Positions 1 to 10,466 of a stretch of 64,000 bases of DNA are shown in pieces. Source of the DNA: Acidimicrobiia bacterium. GTDB lineage: Bacteria > Actinomycetota > Acidimicrobiia > Spongiisociales > Spongiisociaceae. The position numbers and the translations under genes are program-made. Every line of letters starts with the position of its first letter. The first letter of the stretch is position 1. The notes under the pieces were generated by a model. The model made no database searches and had not been told where the DNA came from. It was given only the letters and a program-made list of their open reading frames with translations. Where the stretch lies: contig JBFGLM010000006.1 of the NCBI GenBank assembly GCA_041576165.1, positions 64,001 through 128,000 of the forward strand. The letters are read 5' to 3'.

Positions 1-87
1 GGGGTTGCGGGTCATGCGCAGGGCAGCCGAGTACAGCTGCGGGGCGTACTGCATCGCATCCCGCTCGAAATTCGCTTGATCGGCCAC
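1..87 (-). CDS. sigH: ECF sigma factor, SigH/SigR type, N-terminus (runs off the window edge)
   Basis: Manual translation from GTG at 87 gives [29 protein letters not shown], the SigH/SigR region-1.2/2 motif. GAGG RBS upstream. Not in the ORF track. Confidence 0.85.
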   Translation of the reverse strand, partial: MADQANFERDAMQYAPQLYSAALRMTRNP

Positions 88-238
88 CGTGAGTCCTCAC
101 GCCGGGTCAGTGGCAGGCACGATACCTGAGCGGCGGACGGGCGTGGCCATCGGCGGGGGCTCGGTGTACCGGGACAGGAGGCCGAGCGTCGGAGGCCTCA
201 ACCCGGGCGCGACGCGGGTCGATTACCATGACCGGCAC

Positions 239-314
239 GCCGGAGTAGCTCAGTCGGCAGAGCGGCTCACTCGTAATGAGCAGGTCAGGGGTTCGATTCC
301 CCTCTCCGGCTCCA
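239..314 (+). tRNA. tRNA-Thr (anticodon CGT)
   Basis: GCCGGAG/CTCCGGC acceptor stem, TAGCTCAGTCGGCAGAGC D-arm, GCTCA-CTCGTAA-TGAGC anticodon arm, GGTTCGATTCC T-loop, encoded CCA. Confidence 0.98.
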
Positions 315-410
315 GGTATGGAGCCGTCACAGTGCAGAGAGAGGCAGCACCTCCCATTGCGCTCTTCATGACGGGCCGCGGCGAGGTAGGCCGTGTGCGA
401 CGGGGTGTAT

Positions 411-853
411 CTAGGTGACGGCTTCGTCGCCTGCCACCGCCCAATCGACCGGGAGTCGCCACGGGCCAGCGTCGAGAGCCAGCACCACGCGGTATACGAT
501 CATTTGGTCAGTCCATGGCAAGGCGGCAGCGCTGCTGAGCATCGACTGCCGCAGCTCTCGTGTCGTGATCGCAGCTCTGGCAACGGAGGCGCGAGACTCA
601 GACTCGACTTCGGCGGGCACCGGTTCATCGAGTCTCCGGATCGACAGCAGATTCGAAACTCCGTCCAGAATGCGTAGGGTCTCGACAGCCAACTGCGACA
701 GCTGGGTGCGGAGCACGTTTCGTAGCTCGACACGCAACCTCGCGACTGCGCGGCACGCCCTCCCGCGTAGCCACCGCCGAACAGAGCGAGGACGGCAACC
801 ACCAGGTCCGCGAGCGACAACGACAAGTCAAGAGAGTTGAGCACTGTGTCCAT
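411..853 (-). pseudogene. Hypothetical membrane-anchored protein with an apparent 1-nt frameshift near 738
   Basis: ATG at 853 opens MDTVLNSLDLSLSLADLVVAVLALFGGGYAGGRAAQSR. Protein-like sequence continues in another frame (LRVELRNVLRTQLSQL...) to 411. The span is 443 nt, one base short of a full frame. Confidence 0.45.
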
Positions 854-1043
854 CGAACGTTGACGGCGAATCCCGTCGGCTTGTACGTGCCTCAGTCCGG
901 CTCCGCGCGACGCAGCCGGCACCACCATCCGCAGTCAACGCACTGCCAGCTCGCATCAAGAGCGGCGAACGCGGACGGCGAACGCGGATATCAGCGAGCA
1001 CAGCCGGGGTTGAGCAGGCGGCCCCGAGTTGAGGCCGGCGTGA

Positions 1044-1712
1044 TCAGCTCGTCCCGGGCTCGGTCTTCCGGGGTGACGCCTCGGCCATTTCTGTCAGCTG
1101 CGTCCCTATCCATGTTTGCCAGGCGCCCATGATCGCCGTGAGGGGGTCCTCGTAATCGAGGAAGTCATCGGAATTGATCGGCGCGCCGACGCGAACCCAC
1201 ACTTTGGCCGGGCGCAGTGTGAGTGTGCCGAGCGGCATCGTGTCCTGCGTTCCCCACACGGCGACCGGCACAATCTGAGCGCCCGTGCGCAAGGCGAGCC
1301 AGGCGGCACCCTTGCGCGGCTCCTCCTCCCCCCAAAAAGTGACCCGGCGTCCCTCGGGAAAAACGCCGACGGCGCCGCCCGACTCGAGATGGGCCAGCGC
1401 CGCTCGCATGGCCGACACCGGATAACGCGTGCGCGGCAGCGGGATTGCACCGAGCAATCGAAAGACCCGGTCCATCATCGGAACGTTGCCCCACAGCTCA
1501 TCCAACGCCAGAAAGCGCATCGGTCGCTTCACGCCCAGGCCGACAAAAGGCGGGTCGGGGTGCGCGAAGTGGTTGGGAGCTACCACCAGCGGACCCCGCG
1601 GTATTGGCGCCTCTTTCCGCAGGTCGAGGTTGAACACCAGCGCGCCGACCAGCCGGGCCGGGTACCACAGCAACCGCCAGAGCAGCCGTTTGGCCCACCC
1701 GAACTCAGGCAT
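1044..1712 (-). CDS. plsC: Lysophospholipid (1-acyl-glycerol-3-phosphate) acyltransferase
   Basis: NHFAHPD (HX4D) and FPEGRR motifs. Confidence 0.88.
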   Translation of the reverse strand: MPEFGWAKRLLWRLLWYPARLVGALVFNLDLRKEAPIPRGPLVVAPNHFAHPDPPFVGLGVKRPMRFLALDELWGNVPMMDRVFRLLGAIPLPRTRYPVSAMRAALAHLESGGAVGVFPEGRRVTFWGEEEPRKGAAWLALRTGAQIVPVAVWGTQDTMPLGTLTLRPAKVWVRVGAPINSDDFLDYEDPLTAIMGAWQTWIGTQLTEMAEASPRKTEPGTS

Positions 1713-2769
1713 CGGCGCCCAGGGCGGCGAACAGGGAAGCCAGCACGAGGTGTGGCCGCTGATTGGCCTGCAGCGCAGTCACGGCGTCCAGCACTCGCTC
1801 GGCGTTGCGCACAGCAGCCGCCGGAGTAATCCGGACGAGATCGGCCGCCGGGATGTCCTTGTTGCGCACCGGTCCCCCGAACTGAGCGACGGCCGCGTCG
1901 ACGTACCAGGAAGCGAGCATCTCCAGCCCGGAGATGGTCAAGGCCTGACTCGCCCGATGTAAAGCTCGGTCGTGACGCTCTCTCATCGCCCGAGTGAAAT
2001 CGGAGCCGCTCTCGGCGGCCACCGCCACCTCATCCTGCTGCTGGCGTCCAATCCCCGCAAGGAGCGGCTCCGCAGAAGCCAGCATCTCCTCGGCCAGCCG
2101 GAACGACTCTCCGGGCTCTGGTCGCACCCGGGCGGGAACCGACAGCCACGCGTCGCGAAATCGGGTCGATTCCTCTTCGGTGGCAAAGGCGAGGGCCAGT
2201 CCGGGCCGCCCGCCCGAGATGCGGGCAACTTCGCCGGCCCGCGCGTGATCAACGCCCCGGCTGGCCAGGCCGTGCGAGATCACCTCGTCTGGTACCCGCC
2301 CAAAGCGGATGGTGCGGCAGCGGCTGGCAACGGTGGGCGGCAGGTCGTCCTCCGAGTCGGCGATCAACACGAAGATGGTCGACGCGGTCGGCTCTTCCAG
2401 GGTCTTCAGGAGCGCGTTCGCGGCCGCTTCCGACATCGATGAGGCCTCATCGAGCAGGAACACCTTCCTGCCCGATTCCACCGGCGTTCGATTCGCATGC
2501 GAAATGGTGGCGCGGGCCTGGTCGACCCCCATCATCGTCCGGCCCTCCGGTGTCACGATCACGAGGTCCGGGTGGCCGCTGGTCTCGGCCCGCCGTCGGC
2601 TGTTCTCGTCCTCGGTGAGGAGACGGGCCGCGAAGAGTCGGGCGATTGTGGCTTTCCCGAGCCCGGGCGGACCGACGAACAAGTAGGCCTGGGACGGCCG
2701 CTCGAGCTCTCGATCCAGAAGATCGATGACCCGCTCGTGCCCGATGATGCGTCCCTGTACGTCTTTCAC
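1705..2769 (-). CDS. holB: DNA polymerase III subunit delta'
   Basis: GPPGLGK, GHPD, ANALLKTLEEP and TVASRC motifs. Directly follows tmk. Confidence 0.95.
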   Translation of the reverse strand: MKDVQGRIIGHERVIDLLDRELERPSQAYLFVGPPGLGKATIARLFAARLLTEDENSRRRAETSGHPDLVIVTPEGRTMMGVDQARATISHANRTPVESGRKVFLLDEASSMSEAAANALLKTLEEPTASTIFVLIADSEDDLPPTVASRCRTIRFGRVPDEVISHGLASRGVDHARAGEVARISGGRPGLALAFATEEESTRFRDAWLSVPARVRPEPGESFRLAEEMLASAEPLLAGIGRQQQDEVAVAAESGSDFTRAMRERHDRALHRASQALTISGLEMLASWYVDAAVAQFGGPVRNKDIPAADLVRITPAAAVRNAERVLDAVTALQANQRPHLVLASLFAALGADA

Positions 2770-3371
2770 GGCCCAACACCCAGTAGTTCGGCGACCCTGG
2801 ATTTCACGGTATCCAGCGGTTGTGACGCATCGACGACGACGACCCGATCGGGCTCGGCCGCGGCGAGGTCGTGAAACGCGGCTGCCACTCTGGCCTGAAA
2901 CTCGACACCTTCGGCTCCGATCCGGTCGGCCACCTGCTGCCGGGCCAGGCCAACCTCAGGGGACACGTCGAGCAGGACCACGAGATCCGGCCACGTGCCC
3001 TCCAGCCCGGCCTCATTGACTGCCCGCACGTCTGCCACGCCCAGGTTGCGGGCGCCGCCTTGGTACGCGAGCGAGGAGTACACGGACCGATCCGAGATCA
3101 CCCACTCGCCCCGGGCGCGGGCCGGACGGACGACCTCGGCCGCCAGTTGCGCCCGGGCGGCGGCCAGCAGCAAGGCCTCGGTCCACGGGTCCAACCGGAA
3201 CTCGTGTGACAGCAAGATCGAACGAATGGCTTCTCCCGCCGGCGTGCCGCCTGGCTCGCGCACCTCCGTCACCGGCGCACCGTTCTCACGCAAACGGCCG
3301 CTCAGAAAGCGCGCAACACTGCTCTTGCCTGTGCCCTCGATACCTTCGAGGGCGACGTATCTCCCGGACAT
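2766..3371 (-). CDS. tmk: Thymidylate kinase
   Basis: EGIEGTGKS P-loop, REPGGT and DRSVYSSLAYQG motifs. Confidence 0.97.
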   Translation of the reverse strand: MSGRYVALEGIEGTGKSSVARFLSGRLRENGAPVTEVREPGGTPAGEAIRSILLSHEFRLDPWTEALLLAAARAQLAAEVVRPARARGEWVISDRSVYSSLAYQGGARNLGVADVRAVNEAGLEGTWPDLVVLLDVSPEVGLARQQVADRIGAEGVEFQARVAAAFHDLAAAEPDRVVVVDASQPLDTVKSRVAELLGVGP

Positions 3372-4762
3372 CAATCGTCCACTCGCCGCTTTCCTCGGAT
3401 GGCATTGAACGTGTCCGATGCGTCCTTGATCGAGCGGTACAGCTCCGAGCTGAGTTTCGGCCGGAGGAAGATCGAGCGCATCGACCAGAGAGTACCGAGC
3501 CCCGAAGCCAGGATGATCACTCCGCCCAACACGAGCACGTTGCGGATGCCGTTGTCGAACGGTTCGGGGAACCGGCGGTTCAGCGCCGCAGCCACCGCCA
3601 CCGCCAATGTCACCGAGACCAGGAACGCGGTCCGTACCAGCGTGAACAAGGCTGCGAACGTTCGGCCGCGGAGGGTGTCGTCCACCGTTTCGTGCAGGTG
3701 GGTGAAGCCCATCACATATGCCATTCCGACGGTCACACCGGCCACGAATACCCAGCCGGCTGCGCCCCAGACCGTCGCCGACATTGCAGCGAAGGTGATG
3801 GCCAAACCCGTGAGACTCAGCGAGATTGCGAAGGTCAGATCGCGGCGGGTGAGCCCCGAGGAAAACACGGCCACCGCCAGCATGCCGGCGCCCACGCCCA
3901 GGCCGAGGGCGGTAACCAGGATCCCGAAACCAGAGGCGCCCGCCAGGAGGACGTTACGGCTGAAGGGCTGGCCCAACGCGATGAGAGCGCCGCCGCCAAA
4001 CAGCGCCGTCGCCATCCCCAGCACCACGGTCCGAACCGTGCGGACGCCGCCCACGAACCGGAAGCCCTCCAGCAGGTCTCGCAGCGGTTGTCGTAGGTCC
4101 ATTCCGGTGCGGGGAGCCCGGGTGGTGTCGTTCTTCACCAGCTCCGGCTTGGGGATGGCGATGGTGGCGACGATCACACCCGACAGGACGAAGGTGACGG
4201 AATCCAGCGCGAAGGCGAGGCTTTCGGCTGTGTCGAAAACAAAGAATCCCCCGGTCCGCTCGGTAGCGGTGGCCAGGGCCGCGAACAGCGCCGAGCCGAG
4301 CGGGCCGGTCCCGTAGGCGGCGGCCAGCGACAGGCTGTTGGCCGCCACGAGTTGCTCCGGCGCCACCAGCGTGGGCATGGCGGCCTCCCGCGCCGGCTGG
4401 CGGATGAGAGTCAGCATCTCGAGGACGAAGTTGATGAGCGCCAGCGCCCACAGGCCGATACCCGCCCCACTCGTCTCGGCGATCGGAGCGACGAACAGCA
4501 GGGCCAGGACCAAAACGCCACGACCGAAATCGGAGACCACCATCGTTCGTTTGCGATCCATCCGATCCGCCAGGACCCCTGCCAGGGCCCCGAACAGCAG
4601 GCCGGGGATCAGCCGGCTCACCAGCGGCACCAACACTCCCGAGCTTCCACCGATGGAGTCCGCAAGTGTCAGCGAGGCGAAAAATGTGATCCAATCCCCC
4701 AGGGACGAGATCGCACTCGCCCACCACAGCCGAGCAAATGGCCCGCGCCGTATCAGGTCGAT
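3371..4762 (-). CDS. MFS transporter upstream of tmk (start uncertain)
   Basis: About 12 hydrophobic segments and GVLADRMDRK motif A. The frame extends upstream of 4636 through FARLWWASAISSLGDWITF to an in-frame TAG at 4778-4780. Confidence 0.85.
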   Translation of the reverse strand: MDLIRRGPFARLWWASAISSLGDWITFFASLTLADSIGGSSGVLVPLVSRLIPGLLFGALAGVLADRMDRKRTMVVSDFGRGVLVLALLFVAPIAETSGAGIGLWALALINFVLEMLTLIRQPAREAAMPTLVAPEQLVAANSLSLAAAYGTGPLGSALFAALATATERTGGFFVFDTAESLAFALDSVTFVLSGVIVATIAIPKPELVKNDTTRAPRTGMDLRQPLRDLLEGFRFVGGVRTVRTVVLGMATALFGGGALIALGQPFSRNVLLAGASGFGILVTALGLGVGAGMLAVAVFSSGLTRRDLTFAISLSLTGLAITFAAMSATVWGAAGWVFVAGVTVGMAYVMGFTHLHETVDDTLRGRTFAALFTLVRTAFLVSVTLAVAVAAALNRRFPEPFDNGIRNVLVLGGVIILASGLGTLWSMRSIFLRPKLSSELYRSIKDASDTFNAIRGKRRVDD

Positions 4763-4929
4763 GAGGGCTCCCCTTTGCTACTGAACCGCCGGTCTCGTGG
4801 CCGGACGGGTCAGGGTCACTGCAGACTGGGACGATACCAGCGCCGGGCGAGAAAACAGTGATGTTGGCGACGCCTGCGACCGATTGCTGTCTTGACATTC
4901 TCCCCAAGCCCTTACTATTTGTTTTTCGC

Positions 4930-7539
4930 GTGGCTAAACCACTCATCATCGTCGAGTCACCTGCCAAGGCCCGCACGATCGCCGGATATCTAGGCAGCGA
5001 CTACGAGGTCACTTCGTCCGTCGGACACATTCGCGACCTCCCTCGCAGCGCGTCTGAAATACCCAGGAGCTACAAGTCGGAGGCGTGGGCCAAGGACTGG
5101 GGCATCAATATCACCGACGGCTTCGAGCCGCTGTACATCGTGCCCAAGGAAAAGAAGGACACGGTCAAGACCCTCAAGGCGCTTGTGAAAGACGCATCCG
5201 AGGTCTACCTCGCCACGGACGAGGATCGTGAAGGTGAAGCGATCGCCTGGCACCTGTCGGAGGTTCTGAAACCAGCGGTGCCGGTGCAGCGGATGGTATT
5301 CCACGAAATCACACCTGATGCGATCCGCCAGGCCATCGAGAACCCCCGCCAAATCGACGAGAACCTGGTCGACGCCCAGGAGGCCCGGCGCACGCTGGAT
5401 CGTCTGGTCGGCTACGGGGTTTCGCCAGTTCTATGGCGCAAGGTGAAGCCGCGCCTGTCGGCCGGGAGGGTGCAGAGCGTCGCGGTGAGGGTGATCGTCG
5501 AGCGGGAACGGGAGCGGATCTCATTCGTGGCGGCGGGCTACTGGGATTTGGAGGGAAGCTTCACTACTCGGGATGACGAATCGTTCACCGCCAAGCTCGT
5601 CACACTCGAGGGCCGGCGACTCGCCACCGGCCGCGATTTCGGCGACGACGGCCGGTTGCGGTCCGATGACGTCACCGTGCTCGACGAACCGGCCGCAGCC
5701 CAGCTGGCGGCGGAGTTCGATGGGGTGGAAATGGACGTCCGGTCCGTCGAGCGCAAGCCGTACACGCGAAACCCGTATCCACCTTTCCGCACTTCCACGC
5801 TCCAGCAAGAAGCATCCCGCAAATTCCGGTTCGGGGCGGCCCGGACGATGTCCGCCGCCCAGCGGCTGTACGAGAACGGCTACATCACGTACATGCGGAC
5901 CGACAGCACCGAGCTCTCCGAGGTCGCCCTCCAGACGTCCCGGGCCCAGATCAGCGAGCTATACGGGGACGAATATCTCTCCAAGACCGCAAAGCAGTAC
6001 GCCAACAAGGTCAAGAACGCCCAGGAAGCGCACGAAGCAGTGCGCCCGGCCGGCGACGCCTGGAAGACACCCGAAGCGGTCGCAGCCGAGCTACAGGATT
6101 CTGACCAGATCAAGGTGTATGAACTGATCTGGACCCGCACGCTGGCATCACAAATGGCCCCGGCCCGGGGGGAGAGTGTCTCAATCCGCCTCGGCGGGAC
6201 GACCACTGCTGGCCGCGTTGTCGAGTTCGCTACGTCGGGCAAGACGATCACATTCCCGGGCTTTCTCAGGGTCTACGTGCAAGGCAGCGATGATCCGGAA
6301 GCTGATCTCGATGATCAGGAGCGCCGCCTGCCGGTCATGGCCGAAGGCGATCCGCTGGCGGTGGATCAGGTCGAAGCCAAGGGTCACACGACGAAGCCCC
6401 CGGCCCGCTTCACCGAGGCGTCTCTCGTCAAGCGCCTGGAGGAACTGGGAATCGGGCGCCCGTCCACCTACGCCTCGATCATTCAGACGATCATCAACCG
6501 GGGCTACGTGTGGAAGCGGGCCAACGCCCTGATTCCGTCGTTCATTGCGTTCGCGACGATCACCCTGCTCGAACAGCACTTCCCGGATCTGGTCGACTAT
6601 GCCTTCACAGCCAAGATGGAGGACGACCTCGACAAGATCGCCCGCGGTGAAGAGGCCCGGGTTCCCTGGCTCGACCGGTTCTTCAACGGCAACGGACAGC
6701 CGGGACTCAAGGACATGGTGTCGGAGGATCGGATGGAGGAAATCGACGCCCGGGAGATCAACTCGATTCCGATCGGGGAGGACGATGAAGGCCGGGCAAT
6801 AGTCGCCCGGGTCGGTCGCTACGGCCCGTACATCGCCCGTGGCGAAGAGACCGTTTCGATCCCCGAGGACATGCCTCCAGATGAACTGTCCGTCGGGCGG
6901 GCCGTGGAGCTGCTCAGTACACCCAGCGGGGACAAGATCCTGGGGACCGATCCCACGACCGGTCTCACGGTGCTCGCTCGCAACGGCCGCTTCGGCCCCT
7001 ACGTTCAGCTCGGAGAGATCGAGGAGGGATCCAAGGAGAAACCCAAGACGGCCTCGCTCTTCAAGAACATGTCGATCGACGAACTTTCCCTCGACCAGGC
7101 GCTCCAGCTCCTGTCACTGCCGCGGAGCGTCGGCCCGCATCCAGAGTCGGGCGAGGAGATCATCGCCGCCAACGGGCGCTACGGGCCGTACATCAAGATG
7201 GGCAAGGACACCCGGTCCTTGGAAACCGAGTCTCAAATCTTTGACGTCACTCTCGAAGAGGCACTGGCCCTCCTGGCACAACCCAAGCGCCGCCGGGGCC
7301 AAGCCGCCGCCCAGCATCCCCTGCGGGAACTCGGAAAGGATCCCGTCTCGGGCGGGGAAGTCGTCGTCAAGGACGGCCGCTTCGGCCTCTATGTGACTGA
7401 CGGCGTTGTGAACGCCAGCTTCCAGAAGGCGGACAGCGTCGATGGCATCACCCTGGAGCGGGCGGCCGAATTGCTCGAAGCTCGCCGCGACCGGATGAAG
7501 GCCAAGGGCCAGTGGCCCCCCAAGGGAGCCGCCCGCTGA
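4930..7539 (+). CDS. topA: DNA topoisomerase I
   Basis: IVESPAK, LATDEDREGEAIAWHL, SAGRVQS and GYITYMRTDS motifs, plus actinobacterial C-terminal GRFGPY repeats. GTG start at 4930. Confidence 0.98.
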   Translation: MAKPLIIVESPAKARTIAGYLGSDYEVTSSVGHIRDLPRSASEIPRSYKSEAWAKDWGINITDGFEPLYIVPKEKKDTVKTLKALVKDASEVYLATDEDREGEAIAWHLSEVLKPAVPVQRMVFHEITPDAIRQAIENPRQIDENLVDAQEARRTLDRLVGYGVSPVLWRKVKPRLSAGRVQSVAVRVIVERERERISFVAAGYWDLEGSFTTRDDESFTAKLVTLEGRRLATGRDFGDDGRLRSDDVTVLDEPAAAQLAAEFDGVEMDVRSVERKPYTRNPYPPFRTSTLQQEASRKFRFGAARTMSAAQRLYENGYITYMRTDSTELSEVALQTSRAQISELYGDEYLSKTAKQYANKVKNAQEAHEAVRPAGDAWKTPEAVAAELQDSDQIKVYELIWTRTLASQMAPARGESVSIRLGGTTTAGRVVEFATSGKTITFPGFLRVYVQGSDDPEADLDDQERRLPVMAEGDPLAVDQVEAKGHTTKPPARFTEASLVKRLEELGIGRPSTYASIIQTIINRGYVWKRANALIPSFIAFATITLLEQHFPDLVDYAFTAKMEDDLDKIARGEEARVPWLDRFFNGNGQPGLKDMVSEDRMEEIDAREINSIPIGEDDEGRAIVARVGRYGPYIARGEETVSIPEDMPPDELSVGRAVELLSTPSGDKILGTDPTTGLTVLARNGRFGPYVQLGEIEEGSKEKPKTASLFKNMSIDELSLDQALQLLSLPRSVGPHPESGEEIIAANGRYGPYIKMGKDTRSLETESQIFDVTLEEALALLAQPKRRRGQAAAQHPLRELGKDPVSGGEVVVKDGRFGLYVTDGVVNASFQKADSVDGITLERAAELLEARRDRMKAKGQWPPKGAAR

Positions 7540-7680
7540 GCGACCGATAGCCCTCCCGAACCAGCGAGGAGGACTCGGCCACGAAGACGGAGGGCAGTGC
7601 CCGGCCCGCACCGCACAACCGCCTCGCAGCCTTCGGGAGGCCTCGCGGCGGACCCTGGGTTCCAAAACCCCCGAGTCGGC

Positions 7681-7947
7681 TCAGGCGAGTCCGGAGCACG
7701 GCTCCCGGGCGGGCCCCGCCTCGGTCCGGTGCGCGTGACCGCCGCCACTGCGGCTGGCCAGCCAGCGGTGATAGGCTGCGGCGATCTGCAGATCAGCTCG
7801 CGTCCACGACAACCCTCGGGTTTGGATGACGTCGGACGTGCCGCACGACTGACATCTGACCAGCGTCAGCGCTGTCCCTGTAGCCGATGTCACTTGCACA
7901 CCGCCGCAGCCGCGGCAGCCCTCAGGCGTTGGTGTCGTATCTCCCAT
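7681..7947 (-). CDS. Small putative zinc-ribbon protein
   Basis: CRGC and CQSC pairs. Strong RBS (GAGAGGGGAA) before the ATG. Confidence 0.55.
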   Translation of the reverse strand: MGDTTPTPEGCRGCGGVQVTSATGTALTLVRCQSCGTSDVIQTRGLSWTRADLQIAAAYHRWLASRSGGGHAHRTEAGPAREPCSGLA

Positions 7948-8014
7948 GGCTTCCCCTCTCGTCCATCCTGCAATAGGACGAGGAACCCGCGATCAAGTTC
8001 CTGGGTCTGTGGGC

Positions 8015-9070
8015 CTATTCGACAGCCCGGTCAAGCCCCTCGGCCCACCGTTCCATCACCGCCTGCCACGTCCATTCGTCTTCCGCCGCTTTGCGGGCCG
8101 CAACCCCCATTTCGGGGCGTTGCAGGATCCGCTCCACGGCTGCGACGATTTGGTCCACGGTCTCGGCGATATACCCCGTTTCGCTCGGGATCACGGTCTC
8201 GGGTGCGCCACCGGAGGTCCCGGCCACGACCGGAAGGCCGGCGGCGGCTGCCTCCAGATAGACGATGCCCAGACCTTCCACCTCGAGACCCGCCCACCGC
8301 GATCGGGCGGGCATGACGAACACGTCCATGGTCTGATATACGCCGGGCAGCTCGTCCCAGGGGATGCCGACTTCCATACGTACAACAACGGACGACCTCG
8401 CCGCCCGGCGACGGATACGGCGTTCCAGCCGGCCCTTCCCCACAATCAACACATCGATCTCATGACCGCGCCGGGCGAGTTCTTCGGCGGCTGTAATGAC
8501 CCGCACATGCCCCTTGCGGGGGATGAAGCGTGACACGCAGCCGAGTGTGATCGGCCCCGGAGTGCGTTCGACCGGGCGGAACAGATCGACGTCGACACCC
8601 GCCCCGAGCACGAACGGTCTGGCGCCGCTCAGCGCTTCGACCCGGGAGGCGGTGTAGCGGCTCACGGCGAACAGCCCGTCGGCCGACCGCAACGTTGCGG
8701 CAAGAATCTGACGAAGGCCGGGCACGACCGCCGGCAGGGTCACCTCCGCGCCGTGCGTCAGGACCACAAACGGGACGTCGGTCCGGGCGCGAATGGCGGC
8801 CCCGAGCTGCGCGAGAGGGGTGGGCGCACCGTACACGACCACGTCGGGCTCGAACTCGCGAACGTGACTGATCACCCAGTCCCGCGTGACGGGAACCGGC
8901 AGCATCCAACTCCGGTCACCGCGGAAGACGTGGGGCGGATCCGTCGCTCCCGCGTGTGCCGGTCCCAGCACCCGGATGGGACCGTCATGGCGGCTCACGA
9001 GGTTAGCGAGGTACTGCTGAATGCCACCCGGCTTGGGCGGATAGTCGTTGGTCACCATCAGTACTCGCAT
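8015..9070 (-). CDS. GT4 glycosyltransferase (PimB-like)
   Basis: VTNDYPPKPGGIQQY N-terminus and EGLGIVYLEAAAAGLPVV motif. Confidence 0.92.
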   Translation of the reverse strand: MRVLMVTNDYPPKPGGIQQYLANLVSRHDGPIRVLGPAHAGATDPPHVFRGDRSWMLPVPVTRDWVISHVREFEPDVVVYGAPTPLAQLGAAIRARTDVPFVVLTHGAEVTLPAVVPGLRQILAATLRSADGLFAVSRYTASRVEALSGARPFVLGAGVDVDLFRPVERTPGPITLGCVSRFIPRKGHVRVITAAEELARRGHEIDVLIVGKGRLERRIRRRAARSSVVVRMEVGIPWDELPGVYQTMDVFVMPARSRWAGLEVEGLGIVYLEAAAAGLPVVAGTSGGAPETVIPSETGYIAETVDQIVAAVERILQRPEMGVAARKAAEDEWTWQAVMERWAEGLDRAVE

Positions 9071-9145
9071 AGCAGGGCAGTTTGGCTCGGCGACCGATCC
9101 GAGGCGAACCTCGCGGGAGCGGAACGGTCACGCCGATCCGGCCGG

Positions 9146-10384
9146 TCAATGGTTCAGGTGGTACGCAACGTTGTACTCGCTGATGAGCGGCCCGTCGCTG
9201 GTCACAACCACCCGGCTGACGGCGGTGTTGCCCAGCCGTTGCATCGACCGATAACTGGTGTGATCCAGGCTGAGGATGCCGGCGATGTAGCTGCGGATGG
9301 CCAGGCCATGCGACACCACTCCCAGCCGCGACCCGGGGTGGCGCTCGGCTATCGCCTGAACCGAGGCCGTCATTCGCCGCTGCACCTCTTCGAAGTTCTC
9401 GCCGTTGCGGCCGCGCCGGACATCCTCCCGGCCCGACTGCATGGCTGCGATCTCGTCCGCGAAGTCCGCCAGGACCTCCGGCCACAACCGCCCCTGCCAC
9501 TCCCCCATCGCGATCTCCATCAAACGTTCGTCACACACGATGTCGGTGTTGGGAAAGGCAAGCTGGGCCGTCCGGGCGGCCCGTCCCGACGGCGACGTGT
9601 ACACGAAGTCGACGGCGCCGATCCACTCCGCCAGCCGGCGGGCCTGCTCTTCCCCGTCCACATGCAGTCCCCAGTCGGCCTGGCCCTGCACCCGGTGCTC
9701 GAGATTGGCATCCGTGACGCCGTGTCTGACAAAGTCGAGCGCCACAGCGCCGTCGTCCAGGCGCTCCCGGGTCCAGTCGCTGAGGGGGCCGAGGTGGCCA
9801 GAGTCGTTGTACCGTTCGACGACGGCCCGCCCGTTCTCGTCGATCTCAAGCTGGGTGATACCGGTGTTCGTCATGGGTCCGAACAGCCGGAACGCATGCT
9901 GGTCGGTCTGGAGATAGTTCCCCAAGATCGTGTTATTGGTGCCGCCGTGACCAACGATGAGGATCCGATCATCGGGATTTGCGAATTCGATGATCGCGGC
10001 CAGGTCGGACGTGATACGCGCCGTGAACTCGTCCACCGTCTCACCTGTCCCGCCCCACCGGATCGGCTCCCCCGCTCGGAGCGCGGCGAGCTCGTCCGGG
10101 AAGCGATCCGACACCTGGTCAAACGTGAGGCCGTCCCACTCGCCAAGGTCCATCTCCACGAGCGATTCTCGTGGCTCGGCTTCGAACCCGGCAAGACGTG
10201 CGGTCTCGACCGCCCGGTCGAGCGTCGAGGACACAACACGGTCGAAGTGACCGAGATCAACACGACGTCCCAGCGCCCGCGCCTGGCTGCGGCCGCGGGC
10301 AGTGAGCGGGGCGTTGCCGCGACCCTGCCACAAGCGCGCCGCGTTCCCTTCGGATTGCGCGTGGCGGATCAGTGTCAGCTGCAT
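9146..10384 (-). CDS. Histidine phosphatase with two tandem domains
   Basis: RHAQSEGN...GHG in domain 1 and RHGVTDAN...SHG in domain 2. Confidence 0.9.
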   Translation of the reverse strand: MQLTLIRHAQSEGNAARLWQGRGNAPLTARGRSQARALGRRVDLGHFDRVVSSTLDRAVETARLAGFEAEPRESLVEMDLGEWDGLTFDQVSDRFPDELAALRAGEPIRWGGTGETVDEFTARITSDLAAIIEFANPDDRILIVGHGGTNNTILGNYLQTDQHAFRLFGPMTNTGITQLEIDENGRAVVERYNDSGHLGPLSDWTRERLDDGAVALDFVRHGVTDANLEHRVQGQADWGLHVDGEEQARRLAEWIGAVDFVYTSPSGRAARTAQLAFPNTDIVCDERLMEIAMGEWQGRLWPEVLADFADEIAAMQSGREDVRRGRNGENFEEVQRRMTASVQAIAERHPGSRLGVVSHGLAIRSYIAGILSLDHTSYRSMQRLGNTAVSRVVVTSDGPLISEYNVAYHLNH

Positions 10385-10466
10385 TGCGGCCCCCGACCAA
10401 AGACAGGGTCGAGGATAGGCCAGCCGGAACGCCAGCCGGTCCGGAAGCCGAGGCCGGCGCCCGAGT

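Noticed and set aside
963-988. Tandem CGGCGAACGCGGA duplication
   Set aside because: Only two units with no spacers, so not a CRISPR array.
239-1043. Integrated element at tRNA-Thr
   Set aside because: No integrase and no duplicated tRNA 3' end were seen in the window.
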